A stretch of 64,000 nt of DNA from an uncultured Methanosarcinales archaeon (GTDB lineage: Archaea > Nanobdellota > Nanobdellia > Woesearchaeales > CAYZNE01). Every line of letters begins with the position of its first letter. Position 1 is the first letter of the stretch. The stretch lies in assembly GCA_964405295.1 (NCBI GenBank), contig CAYONI010000001.1, forward strand, positions 179,608 to 243,607, read 5' to 3'. A program made the position numbers and the translations under genes. The notes below the pieces were generated by a model. That model saw only the letters and a list, made by a program, of their open reading frames with translations. It was not told the origin of the DNA and searched no databases. Below, piece after piece: positions 19,688-28,815 of this stretch.

Positions 19688-20227
19688 TTATAATAATTCT
19701 CGCTTTAGAATTTTATGTGCACGATTAAGAATTTTAAATTGTTCTGTGTCTCCTGTAGACATATCAGGATGTGCTTTTTTAGCTAAGTCTTTATATTTCT
19801 TAGTTATGAGAGCTAAATCCAAACAATCCTCATCAACACCTAAAAATCTTCGGGCTTCTTTTCGTTCTTCTTCAACTTCATTAGATTCAGAAAAATCAAA
19901 AATAAATTGTTCAAATGTTTTTTCGCCTGCAAGAATTTGTTTTACTTCAAACTCAATAATCTTAGAAACAACAAATAAATTTTCAACATAATTATTACCT
20001 GAATTATAACTATAATGTAAACGATATCCGTCAAGATACCAAGTAGATGTAGCAGGAAATTTCTTCATTGCAGCAGGTTCAAGTTTCATAAAAATATCAT
20101 CTTCGGTAACACTAATAGAACGCAGAGTATTTATAATATTATTATAAAATTTCTGTGATCGTCTTATAAATGAATCTTTAATTGCTATTGCATTAAATTC
20201 ATATCCTTTTATTGTTAATATTGCCAT
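19688..20227 (-). CDS. J-domain protein (C-terminal J domain)
   Basis: KYKDLAKKAHPD...FKILNRAHKIL. Confidence 0.9.
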   Translation of the reverse strand: MAILTIKGYEFNAIAIKDSFIRRSQKFYNNIINTLRSISVTEDDIFMKLEPAAMKKFPATSTWYLDGYRLHYSYNSGNNYVENLFVVSKIIEFEVKQILAGEKTFEQFIFDFSESNEVEEERKEARRFLGVDEDCLDLALITKKYKDLAKKAHPDMSTGDTEQFKILNRAHKILKRELL

Positions 20228-20313
20228 TTTATATAATTACAAAGGAATACTCCTTTGATTATTGGGTGTTTTCAAATCACTAAGAATTTATGCTTTTCGT
20301 GAATTGAAAAGTA

Positions 20314-20387
20314 TGGGACCTCAGGGATTTGAACCCTGGACATCTACGTCTTCAGCGTAGCGCTCTCCCAGTCTGAGCTAAGGTCCC
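20314..20387 (-). tRNA. tRNA-Phe (GAA)
   Basis: GGGACCTTAGCTCAGACTGGGAGAGCG CTACG-CT-GAA-GA-CGTAG ATGTC CAGGG-TTCAAAT-CCCTG AGGTCCCA. Confidence 0.97.
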
Positions 20388-20403
20388 AATAAAAAGAGAA
20401 AAA

Positions 20404-20610
20404 CTATTGGCTTTTTTCCATGTAAGCGCATTTACCACAAGTCCATCTGTCCTTGTGTTTTGCCATAAAAACTCCAGCACCACACTTAGGACATGTCTTG
20501 TTTTTAGAGACTATTTTGTCCCCTTCAAGTTTGTAAGCTTTATGAATTTTATAACCTGGTTTCTTTACTTTCCCTTTTGTTTTTTTATCTTTTCCGCCTT
20601 TATTAACCAT
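20404..20610 (-). CDS. rps27ae: 30S ribosomal protein S27ae
   Basis: CPKCGAGVFMAKHKDRWTCGKC. Confidence 0.96.
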   Translation of the reverse strand: MVNKGGKDKKTKGKVKKPGYKIHKAYKLEGDKIVSKNKTCPKCGAGVFMAKHKDRWTCGKCAYMEKSQ

Positions 20611-20625
20611 TATGATCACCTATTA

Positions 20626-21081
20626 TTATTCTTTTTTCTCCTCTACTTTTGGAGTTTCTTTCTTTTCTTTTTCTTTAGGTACTTCCTTTACAGCTTCTTT
20701 TGCTGATTTAGCTTCTTCTTTCTTTTCTTCTTTTGGAGCTTCTTCTTTTTTCACTTCAGCAGGTTTTTCTTCTGTAGAAGCTTTTTCTTTCTTTTCAGAA
20801 ACTTTTACTTCGATTCTTTTTAACAAATATTTTGGTTCGATTCTATCTTTCTTTTCTAAAGAATCGTAAATATGTGCTTCAAAATCTGCAGTATTTGAAC
20901 CATAAATAGTTTTTATTTCTTTAATAACAATTAAGTTCTTTTCAACTTTTAATTTTTTTGCTAATTCTTCAATTAACCACATTCTAGAAGGTGTTTTTTT
21001 ACCTGAAAAATGCAATTTCCCGGTTATATTTCTTCTATCAAGTAACTTTTGAACTTCATCAGCGATTATTTTTAATTCCAT
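20626..21081 (-). CDS. rps24e: 30S ribosomal protein S24e with K/E-rich tail
   Basis: LLDRR, TPSR, IYG...AHIY, IEPKY; sits before S27ae. Confidence 0.92.
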   Translation of the reverse strand: MELKIIADEVQKLLDRRNITGKLHFSGKKTPSRMWLIEELAKKLKVEKNLIVIKEIKTIYGSNTADFEAHIYDSLEKKDRIEPKYLLKRIEVKVSEKKEKASTEEKPAEVKKEEAPKEEKKEEAKSAKEAVKEVPKEKEKKETPKVEEKKE

Positions 21082-21095
21082 ATTATAAACCTCAT

Positions 21096-21281
21096 TTAAT
21101 TAATTTTTATTGCATAATCTCCTTTTGATTTTATATCAATTTTTTTTGCAATAAATGATTTACTAGCATCAAGTACATTTATTTGTCCTTGGAAATTATT
21201 TGTAAAAGCATTTTTTTTACATATAGGACAAATCAATCCATCAACAACAATCTTACAATTTTTACAAACTTTTTTTTTCAT
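21096..21281 (-). CDS. spt4: transcription elongation factor Spt4 (RpoE'')
   Basis: CKNC..CPIC, GDYAIK. Confidence 0.93.
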   Translation of the reverse strand: MKKKVCKNCKIVVDGLICPICKKNAFTNNFQGQINVLDASKSFIAKKIDIKSKGDYAIKIN

Positions 21282-21290
21282 TTTAGCACC

Positions 21291-21851
21291 TTATTTCTTT
21301 TTTGCTTTTTTTACACCACTAAGATCTTCAACAATCCATTCTTTTTTACCAAGACCTTCTTGTCTCATTGTTATTGCAATTTTAGGATTATTAACATCCT
21401 TATATGAAACTGCAATAATCTTACCATTACAATCATCATTCACTCTTAATGATCTGTGTGTTTCTTTACCAAGTAATTGCTTATCTTTTGAAAAACTTAC
21501 GAAATCATTAATCGATTGACTTATGTGAACCATCCCCTCAATTGGGCCCATACTTAAAAATGCACCAAAATCTGTAATATCTTTAATTTTTCCAACCAAT
21601 ACTTCTTGTAATTCTGGTTGAAAAGTCAACAGAGTAAATTCTGTCTCAAAATACGTTGCAGCATCTTCAGGAATTATTATTCCATCCTTGATACTATCAA
21701 CATCTAATACATCTATTACTAACCCTAACTCTTTTGAGATAAAGCCAGAATATATATTTTTTATTGCCTTAACAATGGATTCTCTGGTGTCATCACCGTA
21801 CATTGTTGGGGGTAATCTCACATGGTCTTTGACCTTGACTTTATAATACAT
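21291..21851 (-). CDS. rpoE1: RNA polymerase subunit E' (Rpo7)
   Basis: VRLPP, FGAF..GPIEGMVHISQ, TMRQEGLGK. Confidence 0.96.
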   Translation of the reverse strand: MYYKVKVKDHVRLPPTMYGDDTRESIVKAIKNIYSGFISKELGLVIDVLDVDSIKDGIIIPEDAATYFETEFTLLTFQPELQEVLVGKIKDITDFGAFLSMGPIEGMVHISQSINDFVSFSKDKQLLGKETHRSLRVNDDCNGKIIAVSYKDVNNPKIAITMRQEGLGKKEWIVEDLSGVKKAKKK

Positions 21852-21866
21852 TTTGAATAACCTCGC

Positions 21867-22277
21867 CTACTTTAGAAGCAAAACTTTTTTCTTTTGCCTC
21901 AAAGCAAAAACCCAAACATTCCTGTTTGTAGCCTTACTTATTAATTCTTTATCTACAGTTGCTATAGCACTATTAAACCCCTGTTTTTGATATTCAAGAG
22001 CTTTCCTAAGTATTACATCATCTGTATGCTCGTTGGAACCCTGTTCTATTTTTAAGTTTTTTTGTTTTATAAGTTGCAAGCCTAGCTTAGCCGCAGCTTT
22101 CTCTTTTGCGCTTAATTCGCTGCTTATAGCTAAAGTATCTAATTCCGAAATAACATTTTGCAAAATAATCAATTCAACCTGGTCATCTGCATTTTCAACT
22201 ATTTCTTGAAAAATATCAACTCCAAATCTTCCAGGGATTAATAAAAAATTTGTATCAATTATTACTTTTAAAACCAT
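21867..22277 (-). CDS. PIN-domain protein (Fcf1/Utp24-like)
   Basis: IIDTNFL, TDD, ATVDKEL, LRQKK; conserved position before rpoE1. Confidence 0.9.
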   Translation of the reverse strand: MVLKVIIDTNFLLIPGRFGVDIFQEIVENADDQVELIILQNVISELDTLAISSELSAKEKAAAKLGLQLIKQKNLKIEQGSNEHTDDVILRKALEYQKQGFNSAIATVDKELISKATNRNVWVFALRQKKKVLLLK

Positions 22278-22374
22278 AACATAAAGTATTTAATTCGTTT
22301 TTATAAAGGTATTCAGTATTATTTTAATCAATGAAACATAAATCTTTATAAACAACTAATTTTTCCCCAAGAAC

Positions 22375-22629
22375 ATGAAAGCAGTAATAGTAAATTTTAG
22401 AAGAAACAGACATACTACCTCTAGTAACCACATGATTGTTGCTATTGAAGGTGTAGACTCAAAAGATAAAGCAGAAAAGTTTGTTGGAAAAGGTGTTACT
22501 TTTAACACTGGCAAAAAAGATATAGCTGGAAAGGTTGCAAGCACTCACGGAAACAGCGGTGCAATAAGAGTAATCTTCGAGACTGGAATGCCAGGACAAT
22601 GCCTTGGAAAAGAAGTTAAAATCAACTGA
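22375..22629 (+). CDS. rpl35ae: 50S ribosomal protein L35Ae
   Basis: HGNSGAIRVIFETGMPG. Confidence 0.93.
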   Translation: MKAVIVNFRRNRHTTSSNHMIVAIEGVDSKDKAEKFVGKGVTFNTGKKDIAGKVASTHGNSGAIRVIFETGMPGQCLGKEVKIN

Positions 22630-22643
22630 TTCTACACTTAAAT

Positions 22644-22883
22644 ATGGTAAATGCTGAAGAAATAACGATAAATATCGGTAAGAATGGTTTATCAGATAAT
22701 ATCTTAAATGAAATAAACGTAGTTCTAAAGAAATACAAAAAAGTTAAAATTAAATTTTTACAGAGTGCTTCTGAAAGAAATAATCTTGATGAAGCTACTA
22801 AGCTAATTCTTTCTAAGACTCAAGCAAAAATTCTAAAAAAAATAGGATTTACTATACTTATCTCAAAAACACAATCTTTCTAA
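22644..22883 (+). CDS. YhbY/CRM RNA-binding protein
   Basis: IGKNGL...VKIKFL...IGFTILI. Confidence 0.88.
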   Translation: MVNAEEITINIGKNGLSDNILNEINVVLKKYKKVKIKFLQSASERNNLDEATKLILSKTQAKILKKIGFTILISKTQSF

Positions 22884-22997
22884 AACAACAGAATAGTGGC
22901 TGATTAGCATGTTCAGTAGCAAAACATTTAAATACTACCTATAATACAATATTTTATAAAACAAATTTCACTAATATTTATTTGGAGGATTAAAAAA

Positions 22998-23384
22998 ATG
23001 AAAAAACTGCTCTCATCTTTAAAAAATAGAATTGAAAAATCAAGATTCAAAGAAAGCGATGAAAACCCTGAAGAATACGTTGAATTAAATACAGATATGG
23101 AATCTGAACCTTCATCAAAAATCATTGTTAGACCTTTTAATTTAGAAGATTTCTCAGATGTAAAACCTATCCTTGATTCTTTAAGAGAAGGATACACTAT
23201 TGCACTTGTTAATATTAAACATTTAAAAGAAAAAGATTTAGTTGAATTAAAAAGAGCAATTAACAAACTAAAGAAAACTTGTGATGCTATTGAAGGAGAT
23301 ATTGCCGGGTTTGGTGATGATTTCCTTATTGTTGCGCCCAGTTTTGCAACAATTTACAGGGCAAATACTGAAAACATAGAATAA
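22998..23384 (+). CDS. sepF: cell division protein SepF (archaeal type)
   Basis: LREGYTIALVNI...GDIAG..FLIVAP. Confidence 0.85.
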   Translation: MKKLLSSLKNRIEKSRFKESDENPEEYVELNTDMESEPSSKIIVRPFNLEDFSDVKPILDSLREGYTIALVNIKHLKEKDLVELKRAINKLKKTCDAIEGDIAGFGDDFLIVAPSFATIYRANTENIE

Positions 23385-23419
23385 TTGTTTTTTTTTATTT
23401 ATTATGATCAGGTGAATTT

Positions 23420-23911
23420 ATGAATATTCTAATATACTACATTTTAATTTCGTTTCTACCACTAATTGCAAACTTTGTAGGGTATATTATAAGCATGTGG
23501 TCTGCATATGAATTAGAAGATATAAGCAAATATTTGGATACAGGTATAAGAATAGTTTTCGTATTCATACTAGGCTTTGCATTATCAGAATTAGAATTTA
23601 CAGGATTTATCATATTAATCGTATTTATACTATATAGTTTAAGTCACTACTTCTGGAAACTTGAAAAACTAAACTTATTGGTTTTTGCAATATTGATAGT
23701 TTTAATGCCAAACCCACTTATCTTAACGCTAATATTTATATATTTTATAATCGCAACAACACTTGCATACTATAAGCTACATAAAACAAAAGAAACAAAA
23801 TTTGTTATGTATCCAATGCACGCAGTACATTTTATGAAGAAATATTGGGTTTACTATTTATTTATATTGATAGTTTTAATATTGATGTTCTATATTATAT
23901 TAGTAATTTAA
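23420..23911 (+). CDS. hypothetical membrane protein
   Basis: Very hydrophobic 163 aa ORF with an AGGTGA SD. Confidence 0.75.
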   Translation: MNILIYYILISFLPLIANFVGYIISMWSAYELEDISKYLDTGIRIVFVFILGFALSELEFTGFIILIVFILYSLSHYFWKLEKLNLLVFAILIVLMPNPLILTLIFIYFIIATTLAYYKLHKTKETKFVMYPMHAVHFMKKYWVYYLFILIVLILMFYIILVI

Positions 23912-23925
23912 TTTATATTAAAGAA

Positions 23926-24867
23926 TTATTCTTTTTTACAAACAAAGAAACAGTGATCTTTCTCATAAGGGTCTAATTCTCTATAATCAACAATTTCTGT
24001 GTGTTTTTCAAGTTTTTCTCTTGCCATTTTGAAAATGTGCTTTGGCTTTTTTGTTACATCAACACTCCTTGCTTTTAATGCAAGTAATGCAAAGCCACCT
24101 TTCTTTAGAAATCTAAAATTTTTCAAAAATATATCAACTTGTTCTCGTTGTGCAATATCCATAAAAATTACATCAACTTCAGGAACCAAATCCTCATAAT
24201 CTTCTGGTTTATTAGCATCTGCAATTATTGGAACCATATTCTCTCTTTTTTGGCACAAAAGATAAAGATCCCTAACAACTCTTGGTGCAAAATCTAAACA
24301 AAATACAAACCCTGTTTTACCAACCATATCACTAACGTAAGAAGGAGTAAATCCATGGCTTGCACCAAGATATAGGACTTTTGATCCCTCGCTTATTCCT
24401 AGTTGAGAAACTTTTAATGCAATTGCAGATCCCAATTTAGATCGCCTATAATCCCAATTTCTCATTTCAACTAATTTGCCGTCTATGTTTTTAGTAAACA
24501 CTCTTTCTCCGAAAAAAGTTATTCCAGGAGTTAGGTTTTCAGTGAATAGATCAACGTTTCTTCTTTTGATATCCATGTAAGTGTTAGGAAATTTAATTGA
24601 TGTAAATTGCTCTCTAAGATTTTCTTTTACAGGACTTTTAGAGAATTCTCTTCGATTGTTTCCGAATGCAGATTTTCCTTTTCGATCATTATTAAATTTT
24701 CTGTCTCCACCGAATCTTTTTTCACCAGCAGGTTTTCTATCTCTATCAAAAGGTTTCTTATCTCTACTAAATCTGCCGCTACCGCCGCCACGTTTTCGAT
24801 CGCTGCTAAAACCTCTACCTTGAGGTTTACTATTCTTTCTCTGTTCCTGATATTCTTTAAAACTCAT
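23926..24867 (-). CDS. flpA: fibrillarin-like rRNA/tRNA 2'-O-methyltransferase with N-terminal low-complexity extension
   Basis: RSKLG, VLYLGAS.G.TPS, DANKP, DIAQ, KARSVD, LDPYEKDH. Confidence 0.95.
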   Translation of the reverse strand: MSFKEYQEQRKNSKPQGRGFSSDRKRGGGSGRFSRDKKPFDRDRKPAGEKRFGGDRKFNNDRKGKSAFGNNRREFSKSPVKENLREQFTSIKFPNTYMDIKRRNVDLFTENLTPGITFFGERVFTKNIDGKLVEMRNWDYRRSKLGSAIALKVSQLGISEGSKVLYLGASHGFTPSYVSDMVGKTGFVFCLDFAPRVVRDLYLLCQKRENMVPIIADANKPEDYEDLVPEVDVIFMDIAQREQVDIFLKNFRFLKKGGFALLALKARSVDVTKKPKHIFKMAREKLEKHTEIVDYRELDPYEKDHCFFVCKKE

Positions 24868-25613
24868 TTTAATTTCTTTTCTAGTTGTTCTAGAAGCTTA
24901 TCTCCTATAAATTCCCCTTTAAAATAATCAACTTTTGCTGCAATACTTACTTTTGCTGCAAGCATTCTTGCATATCTTCCCTTGTCTTTTGGTTTAGCAT
25001 TTGCAACAAGTGGGTGTGTTATTAAAAAACCATACTTAGGACATTTTGCACCGGTTTTCAAGTGTCTGAATAGTGCAACTTCTGCCCCAAGCATTTGAAT
25101 TGTAGATGCAGGGAATATTGCTAGATGTTTTAATGAACCTGCAATCAGCATAAGTTTTGCACTTATCATTGTGCCCAAAATGTGTTTGACATTGGGCATA
25201 TATTTTACTAGTATAGATTCTAAGTATTCTTCAGTTTTATCTCTTAGATCAAACAGAGAAACAATTTGTTTTGCAAGAGCAACTATTGGTTCAACATTTT
25301 TCTTTTCTAATTCTGCACCAATTGTCTTTTCTAATTTTAGATCACTCATTAATTCTTTTTTTGTTTTACTTGAAATAAGTCTTGCAAAAGTCTTATTATC
25401 ATTAATAGCACCATAAAGTTCAGGTAAATATAAACCTGCATGTTCATTTAATCTTCTGGATAACATATTAACCAACTTATCTATTTCATTTATTTCAGAA
25501 ATAGCTTGCACAAGGAAATTGTCTTGATTAACAGAAACCCTTAGCTTTTCAGCTGTAAGTTGAAAACATTTCTTTCTGTATTCTTCCCTGTTTGCATCAA
25601 AATTCTTTAACAT
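24864..25613 (-). CDS. nop5: box C/D RNP scaffold Nop5 (N-terminally short)
   Basis: PASTIQMLGAE.ALF, PKYG, AAKVD; ATGA-coupled to fibrillarin. Confidence 0.92.
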   Translation of the reverse strand: MLKNFDANREEYRKKCFQLTAEKLRVSVNQDNFLVQAISEINEIDKLVNMLSRRLNEHAGLYLPELYGAINDNKTFARLISSKTKKELMSDLKLEKTIGAELEKKNVEPIVALAKQIVSLFDLRDKTEEYLESILVKYMPNVKHILGTMISAKLMLIAGSLKHLAIFPASTIQMLGAEVALFRHLKTGAKCPKYGFLITHPLVANAKPKDKGRYARMLAAKVSIAAKVDYFKGEFIGDKLLEQLEKKLK

Positions 25614-25651
25614 AAAGCATACGAAACAAAGACCATTTTAAAAGGTGTTGG

Positions 25652-26770
25652 TTAAATAAGCACATTCACTGCACCTATAACAACCAATGTAATTATTAGA
25701 TATATCAGTGGCCTCGAGATATAAACTGAATATTCAGGTTTTCTATCACCCTTCTTTTTTGCTGATTCAATCATAAATAAGACTAAAACTAATTGTATAG
25801 TACAAAATATTGCACCAACAATATTTAATATCATAGAAAAAGATGCAAACTCTTTTACAACAAAAAATAAGGCTAAAGGAATAATAGCTGCAAGCAAAAA
25901 TGAAACTCTGTTAGAAACTCTAAAATCATAATTAAATATCTCCTTTGTTGCTAAACTAATTGGCAAAGCAGAAGTAAATAAAGCAAAAAGTGCAAAGAGA
26001 CTTCCTATTAGAAAGATTGCAGGACCAAACAAAGAAGTTAAACCTAAAACAGCTACTTCAGTAGTTCCAGAACCAGTTACCCCAACAGTTATAATTGAAA
26101 AAAAGGCGTATATCAAAGCAATAATAATGGTCCCAGTTATTATAGCCTTTTTCATACTCTTCTTATTTTTTTCTAATTCTTCACTCATTTCAGGTATTGC
26201 AGCAATACCATAAAATGCAAACATCAAAACTCCGTATGGGACGAGCAAGTTTTTTGCAGAGAAAACATTAATATTTGCTAGCGACATTTTTGGAACCAAC
26301 AAAATAATTAAAAAAATTACGAAAATGAGTATAATTAAGGATGCACCTAATTCCGATTCTTCTATAACTTTCAAACCAAAAGAGAGTGTAACTGCAAAGA
26401 TTAAGAAAAAGATTATACTACCAAATATTTCTGAGATTCCAAATAGTTGAGCAAAGACTTTTCCTGCTGCAAGAATGTATGCTGCCATTATAAGATAAAA
26501 TATTATGAGTGCAGATATCATCATGATTAATTTTGCTTTTTTGCCAAGATATTTATCTGCATATCCTGTTAGTTGATGTTTTTGATTTGTTCTTAGAACA
26601 ACTTCACCAAAACCGAGATTTAAATAGAGCATAATTAAAGCAATTATTGTTAGAACAATTATTCCTGTTATAACACCTGCCTTTGCAAAAACATATGGTA
26701 TTCCTAAAATTCCTGCACCAATTGTGCAGCCGACCAAAGTTGCAACTGACTCATAAAAACTCACCTTCAT
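25652..26770 (-). CDS. amino acid permease (TyrP/Mtr-like)
   Basis: GCTIGAGILGIP, about 11 TM segments. Confidence 0.88.
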   Translation of the reverse strand: MKVSFYESVATLVGCTIGAGILGIPYVFAKAGVITGIIVLTIIALIMLYLNLGFGEVVLRTNQKHQLTGYADKYLGKKAKLIMMISALIIFYLIMAAYILAAGKVFAQLFGISEIFGSIIFFLIFAVTLSFGLKVIEESELGASLIILIFVIFLIILLVPKMSLANINVFSAKNLLVPYGVLMFAFYGIAAIPEMSEELEKNKKSMKKAIITGTIIIALIYAFFSIITVGVTGSGTTEVAVLGLTSLFGPAIFLIGSLFALFALFTSALPISLATKEIFNYDFRVSNRVSFLLAAIIPLALFFVVKEFASFSMILNIVGAIFCTIQLVLVLFMIESAKKKGDRKPEYSVYISRPLIYLIITLVVIGAVNVLI

Positions 26771-26873
26771 AAACCTAATCTCTTATCATAATTTTAAAAG
26801 GTTGTTATTTTAACAATAACTTTTTAAACTTCTTAACTAATAAAAGTATAATTATACTAATAGAGGTGCTCTT

Positions 26874-27932
26874 ATGAATAATAAAAAATCTCAAGCAGGA
26901 ATAGAATTTCTATCAACTTATGGTTGGACTATTCTAGTTATTGTATTAATGATTGGAATTATGACATATTTTTCAATGGACCTTGAGGATAGTGCACCAG
27001 AACAATTTATTTTAGGAGATGTAAATATTGAACATTTTGCACTGTCTGAACCATCAGACACCACTCATGGTTTTGGTTTTCAAGTATACAGTGGAACTTT
27101 TGGAAAATTAATTTTTAATTTTCAAAATCCGGAGTTAGATGAAATAATTCTTAATAACCTCTCTTTTACAGTAGACAATTCTGAACTCGTAGTTGAATGC
27201 CTTCCTTTAGGTAGTATACTACCAGGTCAAAGTCAAGATATAGAATGTTGGTTATGTAAAAACGATGGAGGATCTAGTTGTACTGATTTTCTTAGCCAAA
27301 ACACAAAAACTAAAATTGTACTTGAAATAAAATATAAGATTGCAGATAAAACATTCACAAAAGTTTCATCTGGTTCAATTTATGCTCAAGCTACAGAAAC
27401 AACTACAACTACACCAGCACCTCAAGACGAGTGTAATAATTTCTTGCATGATGATACAGATGGAAAAATGGATCAAGAGGATTATTCTTGTCATTGTGGA
27501 AGTCTTGAATCAGAGACAAAACAATGTGGATATGATAAAGCATGTTATATGATTGATGGAGATGATTGTGCTCCTACTCTCTTATGTGATGAATATTGGT
27601 TGACTACACCAAGTCAAACTCGAAACATAGGTATTTGTAAATATGATTCTACTGCTGCAGTAGAATGTAGAGACAATGACAATTGTGCAAGAGATAGTGG
27701 ATTTACTTGTATAGGCACAGGTAATAGCTGTTCACGTTTAATACGATTTATGGATCGTGGTTGTGATACTGGTGATGATGAAGATTGTGAAGGAGCATAT
27801 ATTTGTGATTCAGTAAATTTTTGTAAAATTGCGCTAGGAGACCCTTGTAGAACTAACGATCAATGCGCAGAAGGGACTACTTGTAGTATAGCATTACCAC
27901 AAACCTGTATTCCAATTATAGTTACACCATAA
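26874..27932 (+). CDS. type IV pilin-like protein with Cys-rich C-terminal repeats
   Basis: Class III signal KKSQ|AGIEFLSTYGW, Thr-rich linker, 20 Cys in the C-terminal half. Confidence 0.85.
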   Translation: MNNKKSQAGIEFLSTYGWTILVIVLMIGIMTYFSMDLEDSAPEQFILGDVNIEHFALSEPSDTTHGFGFQVYSGTFGKLIFNFQNPELDEIILNNLSFTVDNSELVVECLPLGSILPGQSQDIECWLCKNDGGSSCTDFLSQNTKTKIVLEIKYKIADKTFTKVSSGSIYAQATETTTTTPAPQDECNNFLHDDTDGKMDQEDYSCHCGSLESETKQCGYDKACYMIDGDDCAPTLLCDEYWLTTPSQTRNIGICKYDSTAAVECRDNDNCARDSGFTCIGTGNSCSRLIRFMDRGCDTGDDEDCEGAYICDSVNFCKIALGDPCRTNDQCAEGTTCSIALPQTCIPIIVTP

Positions 27933-28064
27933 TCATATTTTGTTAGAGAAGCTCCAAACCTTAAAGAACCCAGTCTGGTGTTATAAAACCACTAGTCCTA
28001 ACTTATTTTACGAATTGGGGAAGAATTTGTGTTTGTGAAAACGGATTCACCGCGACACCATAAT

Positions 28065-28424
28065 CTATAACATTTTTAATTCTTTTGTTATTTTATCTAT
28101 TTTTTCAGAATCATCTGGACCAATAGCTGCACAAGTTACTGTCGGACCTTTAAAGACAGTTTTTCCTGCATCAGTTATAGTAGCTGTTTGTAAACCTGAT
28201 TCTTGTGCTTTATTTACATAGAAATTTAATTCTTCTAGATCTTTTACTTTAAGACAAACTTTCTTCATACCAATAGATTTCCATAATTTAATTTTCTTTT
28301 TTCTAGAACTAAGCACTGCATCAACACTCGCGTGTGCAACTTGAGCTGCAAGTTTACCTTTCGGCATCTTCAAATCTGCCCTTACAAGAATTACTTGTTT
28401 AATATCAAAAAGTTTTACAAACAT
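28065..28424 (-). CDS. pth2: peptidyl-tRNA hydrolase Pth2
   Basis: KQVILVRADLKM.KGKLAAQVAHA, DAGKT, AIGP. Confidence 0.95.
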   Translation of the reverse strand: MFVKLFDIKQVILVRADLKMPKGKLAAQVAHASVDAVLSSRKKKIKLWKSIGMKKVCLKVKDLEELNFYVNKAQESGLQTATITDAGKTVFKGPTVTCAAIGPDDSEKIDKITKELKML

Positions 28425-28657
28425 TACAAAACCACCAATTCGTATAATATTTTCACAATAAAAATCACTGATAAAAGAATGATAAACCAATTTTCTACCA
28501 TAAAGGGTATGCCAATATTAAACAAAGCATGACCATTTCTTAATGCAATTAACGCCACAACAAAAGTACAGAAAAACAATATTAATAATGATAACAACGA
28601 AATTATTAATTTCTCTTTGTTCTTATTCAAAACAAATAAATCATATTTTACTTCCAT
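28424..28657 (-). CDS. small 2-TM membrane protein
   Basis: AGGAG SD; TAATG coupling to pth2. Confidence 0.7.
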   Translation of the reverse strand: MEVKYDLFVLNKNKEKLIISLLSLLILFFCTFVVALIALRNGHALFNIGIPFMVENWFIILLSVIFIVKILYELVVL

Positions 28658-28815
28658 TTTAAAATCTCCTTACGTTTAACTCACACCCCTATTTTATATT
28701 AAATGTAATAATCTTATAAAAACTTTATGCTAATTAACGAATTTCTTGATTTTAACGAATATCCTTCGAAATAAACCAGCTAAGCTATTTAACCGTAAAG
28801 AATCATACATTTTTT

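Noticed and set aside
27940-28062. 5S rRNA, SRP RNA or true tRNA
   Set aside because: Lacks the conserved 5S CCGAAC, SRP helix-8 and tRNA T/D-loop motifs.
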